Shown piece by piece: positions 55,401-64,000 of a DNA stretch of 64,000 nt. Source of the stretch: Eledone cirrhosa (taxonomy: Eukaryota); contig OZ024742.1 in NCBI GenBank assembly GCA_964016885.1, positions 223,262,001 through 223,326,000 on the forward strand, in the 5' to 3' direction. Under the pieces are notes generated by a model. That model was not told where the DNA came from. It saw nothing but the letters and a program-made list of their open reading frames with translations, and made no database searches. The position numbers and the translations under genes were made by a program. Each line of letters begins with the position of its first letter. Position 1 is the first letter of the stretch.

Positions 55401-58400
55401 CATTAGTTACCTAGAGATATACTAACAACAGTAGTAATATAGACATTAGTTACCTAGGTATATACTAACAACAGTAGTAATATAGACATTAGGTACCTAG
55501 AGATATACTAACAACAGTAGTAATATAGACATTAGGTACCTAGAGATATACTAACAACAGTAGTAATATAGACATTAGGTACCTAGAGATATACTAACAA
55601 CAGTAGTAATATAGACATTAGGTACCTAGAGATATACTAACAACAGTAGTAATATAGACATTAGTTACCTAGGTATATACTAACAACAGTAGTAATATAG
55701 ACATTAGTTACCTAGAGATATACTAACAACAGTAGTAATATAGACATCAGTTACCTAGGTATATACTAACAACAGTAGTAATATAGACATTAGGTACCTA
55801 GAGATATACTAACAACAGTAGTAATATAGACATTAGTTACCTAGAGATATACTAACAACAGTAGTAATATAGACATTAGGTACCTAGGTATATACTAACA
55901 ACAGTAGTAATATAGACATTAGTTACCTAGGTATATACTAACAACAGTAGTAATATAGACATTAGTTACCTAGGTATATACTAACAACAGTAGTAATATA
56001 GACATTAGTTACCTAGAGATATACTAACAACAGTAGTAATATAGACATTAGTTACCTAGAGATATACTAACAACAGTAGTAATATAGACATAAGCTACCT
56101 AGGTATATACTAACAACAGTAGTAATATAGACATTAGTTACCTAGAGATGTACTAACAACAGTAGTAATATAGACATTAGTTACCTAGGTATATACTAAC
56201 AACAGTAGTAATATAGACATTAGGTACCTAGTCATATACTAACAACAGTAGTAATATAGACATTAGTTACCTAGGTATATACTAACAACAGTAGTAATAT
56301 AGACATTAGTTACCTAGAGATGTACTAACAACAGTAGTAATATAGACATTAGGTACCTAGAGATATACTAACAACAGTAGTAATATAGACATTAGTTACC
56401 TAGAGATATACTAACAACAGTAGTAATATAGACATTAGTTACCTAGAGATATACTAACAACAGTAGTAATATAGACATTAGGTACCTAGAGATATACTAG
56501 CAACAGTAGTAATATAGACATTAGTTACCTAGAGGTATACTAACAACAGTAGTAATATAGACATTAGTTACCTAGGTATATACTAACAACAGTAGTAATA
56601 TAGACATTAGGTACCTAGAGATATACTAACAACAGTAGTAATATAGACATTAGGTACCTAGAGATATACTAACAACAGTAGTAATATAGACATTAGTTAC
56701 CTAGAGATATACTAACAACAGTAGTAATATAGACATTAGTTACCTAGAGATGTACTAACAACAGTAGTAATATAGACATTAGTTACCTAGGTATATACTA
56801 ACAACAGTAGTAATATAGACATTAGTTACCTAGAGATATACTAACAACAGTAGTAATATAGACATCAGTTACCTAGGTATATACTAACAACAGTAGTAAT
56901 ATAGACATTAGTTACCTAGAGATATACTAACAACAGTAGTAATATAGACATTAGTTACCTAGAGATATACTAACAACAGTAGTAATATAGACATTAGGTA
57001 CCTAGGTATATACTAACAACAATAGTAATATAGACATTAGGTACCTAGGTACATACTAACAACAGTAGTAATATAGACATTAGGTACCTAGGGATATACT
57101 AACAACAGTAGTAATATAGACATTAGTTACCTAGAGATGTACTAACAACAGTAGTAATATAGACATTAGTTACCTAGAGATATACTAACAACACTAGTAA
57201 TATACACATTAGTTACCTAGGTATATACTAACAACAGTAGTAATATAGACATCAGTTACCTAGAGATATACTAACAACAGTAGTAATATAGACATTAGTT
57301 ACTTAGGTATATACTAACAACAGTAGTAATATAGACATTAGTTACCTAGAGATGTACTAACAACAGTAGTAATATAGACATTAGGTACCTAGAGATATAC
57401 TAACAACAGTAGTAATATAGACATTAGGTACCTAGGTATATACTAACAACAGTAGTAATATAGACATTAGTTACCTAGGTATATACTAACAACAGTAGTA
57501 ATATAGACATTAGGAACCTAATGTACTAACAACAGTAGTAACATAGACATTAGGTACCTAGAGATATCCTAACAACAGTAGTAATATGGACATTAGTTAC
57601 CTAGGTATATACTAACAACAGTAGTAATATAGACATTAGTTACCTAGGTATATACTAACAACAGTAGTAATATAGACATTAGTTACCTAGGTATATACTA
57701 ACAACAGTAGTAATATAGACATTAGTTACCTAGGTATATACTAACAACAGTAGTAATATAGACATTAGTTACCTAGGTATATACTAACAACAGTAGTAAT
57801 ATAGACATTAGGTACCTAGGTATATACTAACAACAGTATTAATATAGACATTAGTTACCTAGGTATATACTAACAACAGTAGTAATAGAGACATTAGTTA
57901 CCTAGGTATATACTAACAACAGTAGTAATATAGACATTAGTTACCTAGGTATATACTAACAACAGTAGTAATATAGACATTAGTTACCTAGGTATATACT
58001 AACAACAGTAGTAATATAGACATTAGTTACCTAGGTATATACTAACAACAATAGTAATATAGACATTAGGTACCTAGAGATATACTAACAACAGTAGTAA
58101 TATAGACATTAGGTACCTAGAGATATACTAACAACAGTAGTAATATAGACATTAGTTACTTAGGTATATACTAACAACAGTAGTAATATAGACATTAGTT
58201 ACTTAGGTATATACTAACAACATTAGTAATATAGACATTAGTTACCTAGGTATATACTAACAACAATAGTAATATAGACATTAGGTACCTAGAGATATAC
58301 TAACAACTGTAGTAATATAGACATTAGGTACCTAGAGATATACTAACAACAGTAGTAATATAGACATTAGTTACTTAGGTATATACTAACAACAGTAGTA

Positions 58401-61400
58401 ATATAGACATTAGTTACCTAGGTATATACTAACAACACTAGTAATATAGACATTAGTTACTTAGGTATATACTAACAACAGTAGTAATATAGACATTAGC
58501 TACCTAGAGATATACTAACAACAGTAGTAATATAGACATTAGTTACCTAGGTATATACTAACAACAGTAGTAATATAGACATTAGTTACCTAGAGATATA
58601 CTAACAACAGTAGTAATATAGACATTAGTTACCTAGGTATATACTAACAACAGTAGTAATATAGACATTAGGTACCTAGAGATATACTAACAACAGTAGT
58701 AATATAGACATTAGGTACCTAGAGGTATACTAACAACAGTAGTAATATAGACATTAGTTACTTAGGTATATACTAACAACAGTAGTAATATAGACATTAG
58801 CTACCTAGAGATATACTAACAACAGTAGTAATATAGACATTAGTTACCTAGGTATATACTAACAACAGTAGTAATATAGACATTAGTTACCTAGAGATAT
58901 ACTAACAACAGTAGTAATATAGACATTAGGTACCTAGGTATATACTAACAACAGTAGTAATATAGACATTAGGTACCTAGGTATATACTAACAACAGTAG
59001 TAATATAGACATTAGTTACCTAGGTATATACTAACAACAGTAGTAATATAGACATTAGGTACCTAGGGATATACTAACAACAGTAGTAATATAGACATTA
59101 GTTACCTAGAGATATACTAACAACAGTAGTAATATAGACATTAGTTACCTAGGTATATACTAACAACACTAGTAATATAGACATTAGTTACCTAGAGATA
59201 TACTAACAACAGTAGTAATATAGACATTAGTTACCTAGGTATATACTAACAACAGTAGTAATATAGACATTAGTTACCTAGAGATATACTAACAACAGTA
59301 GTAATATAGACATTAGTTACCTAGAGATATACTAACAACAGTAGTAATATAGACATTAGTTACCTAGGTATATACTAACAACATTAGTAATATAGACATT
59401 AGTTACCTAGGTATATACTAACAACAGTAGTAATATAGACATTAGTTACCTAGGTATATAATAACAACAGTAGTAATATAGACATTAGTTACCTAGGTAT
59501 ATACTAACAACAGTAGTAATATAGACATTAGGTACCTAGAGATATACTAACAACAGTAGTAATATAGACATTAGGTACCTAGAGATATACTAACAACAGT
59601 AGTAATATAGACATTAGGTACCTAGAGATATACTAACAACAGTAGTAATATAGACATTAGTTACCTAGGTATATACTAACAACAGTAGTAATATAGACAT
59701 TAGTTACCTAGAGATATACTAACAACAGTAGTAATATAGACATCAGTTACCTAGGTATATACTAACAACAGTAGTAATATAGACATTAGGTACCTAGAGA
59801 TATACTAACAACAGTAGTAATATAGACATTAGTTACCTAGAGATATACTAACAACAGTAGTAATATAGACATTAGTTACCTAGGTATATACTAACAACAG
59901 GAGTAATATAGACATTAGTTACCTAGAGATATACTAACAACAGTAGTAATATAGACATTAGTTACCTAGGTATATACTAACAACAGTAGTAATATAGACA
60001 TTAGGTACCTAGAGATATACTAACAACAGTAGTAATATAGACATTAGGTACATAGAGGTATACTAACAACAGTAGTAATATAGACATTAGTTACCTAGGT
60101 ATATACTAACAACAGTAGTAATATAGACATTAGTTACCTAGGTATATACTAACAACAGTAGTAATATAGACATTAGTTACCTAGAGATATACTAACAACA
60201 GTAGTAATATAGACATTAGTTACCTAGAGATATACTAACAACAGTAGTAATATAGACATTAGTTACCTAGGGATATACTAACAACAGTAGTAATATAGAC
60301 ATTAGTTACCTAGGTATATACTAACAACAGTAGTAATATAGACATTAGGTACCTAGGTATATACTAACAACAGTAGTAATATAGACATTAGTTACCTAGG
60401 TATATACTAACAACAGTAGTAATATAGACATTAGTTACCTAGAGATATACTAACAACAGTAGTAATATAGACATTAGTTACTTAGGTATATACTAACAAC
60501 AGTAGTAATATAGACATTAGGTACCTAGGTATATACTAACAACAGTAGTAATATAGACATTAGTTACCTAGGTATATACTAACAACAGTAGTAATATAGA
60601 CATTAGTTACCTAGAGATATACTAACAACAGTAGTAATATAGACATTAGGTACCTAGGTATATACTAACAACAGTAGTAATATAGACATTAGTTACCTAG
60701 GTATATACTAACAACAATAGTAATATAGACATTAGGTACCTAGAGATATACTAACAACAGTAGTAATATAGACATTAGTTACCTAGGTATATACTAACAA
60801 CAGTAGTAATATAGACATTAGTTACCTAGGTATATACTAACAACAGTAGTAATATAGATATTAGTTACCTAGAGATGTACTAACAACAGTAGTAGTATAG
60901 ACATTAGTTACCTAGGTATATACTAACAACAGTAGTAATATAGACATTAGTTACCTAGGTATATACTAACAACAGTAGTAATATAGACATTAGTTACTTA
61001 GGTATATACTAACAACAGTAGTAATATAGACATTAGGTACCTAGGTATATACTAACAACAGTATTAATATAGACATTAGTTACCTAGGTATATACTAACA
61101 ACAGTAGTAATAGAGACATCAGTTACCTAGGTATATACTAACAACAGTAGTAATATAGACATTAGTTACCTAGGTATATACTAACAACAGTAGTAATATA
61201 GACATTAGTTACCTAGGTATATACTAACAACAATAGTAATATAGACATTAGTTACCTAGAGATGTACTAACAACAGTAGTAATATAGACATTAGTTACCT
61301 AGGTATATACTAACAACAATAGTAATATAGACATTAGGTACCTAGAGATATACTAACAACAGTAGTAATATAGACATTAGTTACCTAGGTATATACTAAC

Positions 61401-64000
61401 AACAGTAGTAATATAGACATTAGTTACCTAGGTATATACTAACAACAATAGTAATATAGACATTAGGTACCTAGAGATATACTAACAACAGTAGTAATAT
61501 AGACATTAGGTACCTAGAGATATACTAACAACAGTAATAATATAGACATTAGTTACTTAGGTATATACTAACAACAGTAGTAATATAGACATTAGTTACC
61601 TAGAGATATACTAACAACAGTAGTAATATAGACATTAGTTACCTAGGTATATACTAACAACAGTAGTAATATAGACATTAGGTTCCTAGAGATATACTAA
61701 CAACAGTAGTAATATAGACATTAGTTACCTAGAGATATACTAACAACAGTAGTAATATAGACATCAGTTACCTAGGTATATACTAACAACAGTAGTAATA
61801 TAGACATTAGTTACCTAGGTATATACTAACAACAGTAGTAATATAGACATTAGTTACCTAGGTATATACTAACAACAGTAGTAATATAGACATTAGTTAC
61901 CTAGGTATATACTAACAACAGTAGTAATATAGACATTAGTTACTTAGGTATATACTAACAACAGTAGTAATATAGACATTAGTTACCTAGGTATATACTA
62001 ACAACAGTAGTAATATAGACATTAGTTACCTAGGTATATACTAACAACAGTAGTAATATAGACATTAGTTACTTAGGTATATACTAACAACAGTAGTAGT
62101 ATAGACATTAGTTACCTAGAGATATACGAACAACAGTAGTAATATAGACATTAGTTACCTAGAGATATACGAACAACAGTAGTAATATAGACATTAGTTA
62201 CTTAGGTATATACTAACAACAGTAGTAATATAGACATTAGTTACCTAGGTATATACTAACAACAGTAGTAATATAGACATTAGTTACCTAGGTATATACT
62301 AACAACAATAGTAATATAGACATTAGTTACCTAGGTATATACTAACAACAGTAGTAATATAGACATTAGTTACCTAGGTATATACTAACAACAGTAGTAA
62401 TACAGACATTAGTTACCTAGGTATATACTAACAACAATAGTAATATAGACATTAGGTACCTAGAGATATACTAACAACAGTAGTAATATAGATATTAGTT
62501 ACCTAGAGATGTACTAACAACAGTAGTAGTATAGACATTAGTTACCTAGGTATATACTAACAACAGTAGTAATATAGACATTAGTTACTTAGGTATATAC
62601 TAACAACAGTAGTAATATAGACATTAGTTACCTAGGTATATACTAACAACAGTAGTAATATAGACATTAGGTACCTAGAGATATACTAACAAAAGTAGTA
62701 ATATAGACATTAGGTACCTAGAGATATACTAACAACAGTAGTAATATAGACATTAGTTACCTAGGTATATACTAACAACAGTAGTAATATAGACATTAGG
62801 TACCTAGAGATATACTAACAACAGTAGTAATATAGACATTAGTTACCTAGGTATATACTAACAACAGTAGTAATATAGACATTAGTTACCTAGGTATATA
62901 CTAACAACAGTAGTAATATAGACATTAGTTACTTAGGTATATACTAACAACAGTAGTAGTATAGACATTAGTTACCTAGAGATATACGAACAACAGTAGT
63001 AATATAGACATTAGTTACCTAGAGATATACGAACAACAGTAGTAATATAGACATTAGTTACTTAGGTATATACTAACAACAGTAGTAATATAGACATTAG
63101 TTATCTAGGTATATACTAACAACAATAGTAATATAGACATTAGTTACCTAGGTATATACTAACAACAGTAGTAATATAGACATTAGTTACCTAGGTATAT
63201 ACTAACAACAATAGTAATATAGACATTAGTTACCTAGGTATATACTAACAACAGTAGTAATATAGACATTAGTTACCTAGGTATATACTAACAACAGTAG
63301 TAATATAGACATTAGTTACCTAGGTATATACTAACAACAATAGTAATATAGACATTAGGTACCTAGAGATATACTAACAACAGTAGTAATATAGACATTA
63401 GTTACCTAGGTATATACTAACAACAGTAGTAATATAGATATTAGTTACCTAGAGATGTACTAACAACAGTAGTAGTATAGACATTAGTTACCTAGGTATA
63501 TACTAACAACAGTAGTAATATAGACATTAGTTACCTAGGTATATACTAACAACAGTAGTAATATAGACATTAGTTACCTAGGTATATACTAACAACAGTA
63601 GTAATATAGACATTAGGTACCTAGAGATATACTAACAACAGTAGTAATATAGACATTAGGTACCTAGAGATATACTAACAACAGTAGTAATATAGACATT
63701 AGTTACCTAGGTATATACTAACAACAATAGTAATATAGACATTAGGTACCTAGAGATATACTAACAACAGTAGTAATATAGACATTAGTTACCTAGGTAT
63801 ATACTAACAACAGTAGTAATATAGACATTAGGTACCTAGAGATATACTAACAACAGTAGTAATATAGACATTAGTTACCTAGGTATATACTAACAACAGT
63901 AGTAATATAGACATTAGTTACCTAGGTATATACTAACAACAATAGTAATATAGACATTAGTTACCTAGGTATATACTAACAACAGTAGTAATATAGACAT
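34470..64000. repeat. 43-bp satellite array, ~29.5 kb, ~690 monomers, runs off the window
   Basis: Consensus GACATTAGTTACCTAGGTATATACTAACAACAGTAGTAATATA; period checked (actaacaaca at 34621 and 34664). Two common polymorphisms: agTtac/agGtac and tagGTat/tagAGat. Confidence 0.99.

Noticed and set aside
34470-64000. CRISPR-like array
   Set aside because: Monomers are contiguous with no unique spacers, there are no cas genes, and the context is eukaryotic.

Overview
AT-rich, microsatellite-dense animal DNA; the tRNA-derived SINE families and (ATG)n/(TA)n tails look like an octopus/coleoid cephalopod (inference). The left half holds two convergent spliced genes. On +, the 3' part of a CUEDC1 orthologue has 7 well-supported exons (12945-20165) plus a probable upstream exon at 4662-4757. 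On -, the last four exons of an unidentified gene (34047-27516) end in a 2.08-kb Ser/Pro-rich terminal exon. Introns carry SINEs, RTE and R4/Dong-type LINE fragments, MITEs and an internally deleted Chapaev3-like DNA transposon with intact ends. From ~34.47 kb to the window end is one ~29.5-kb (~690 monomer) 43-bp satellite that apparently lies in an intron of the - gene. It shows nested multi-kb higher-order duplications, a quasi-palindromic core, and splice-signal-like motifs in its monomers. Splice-site-spanning micro-duplications occur in both genes. All gene models were read by eye from GT/AG sites and reading-frame phase; no searches were run.
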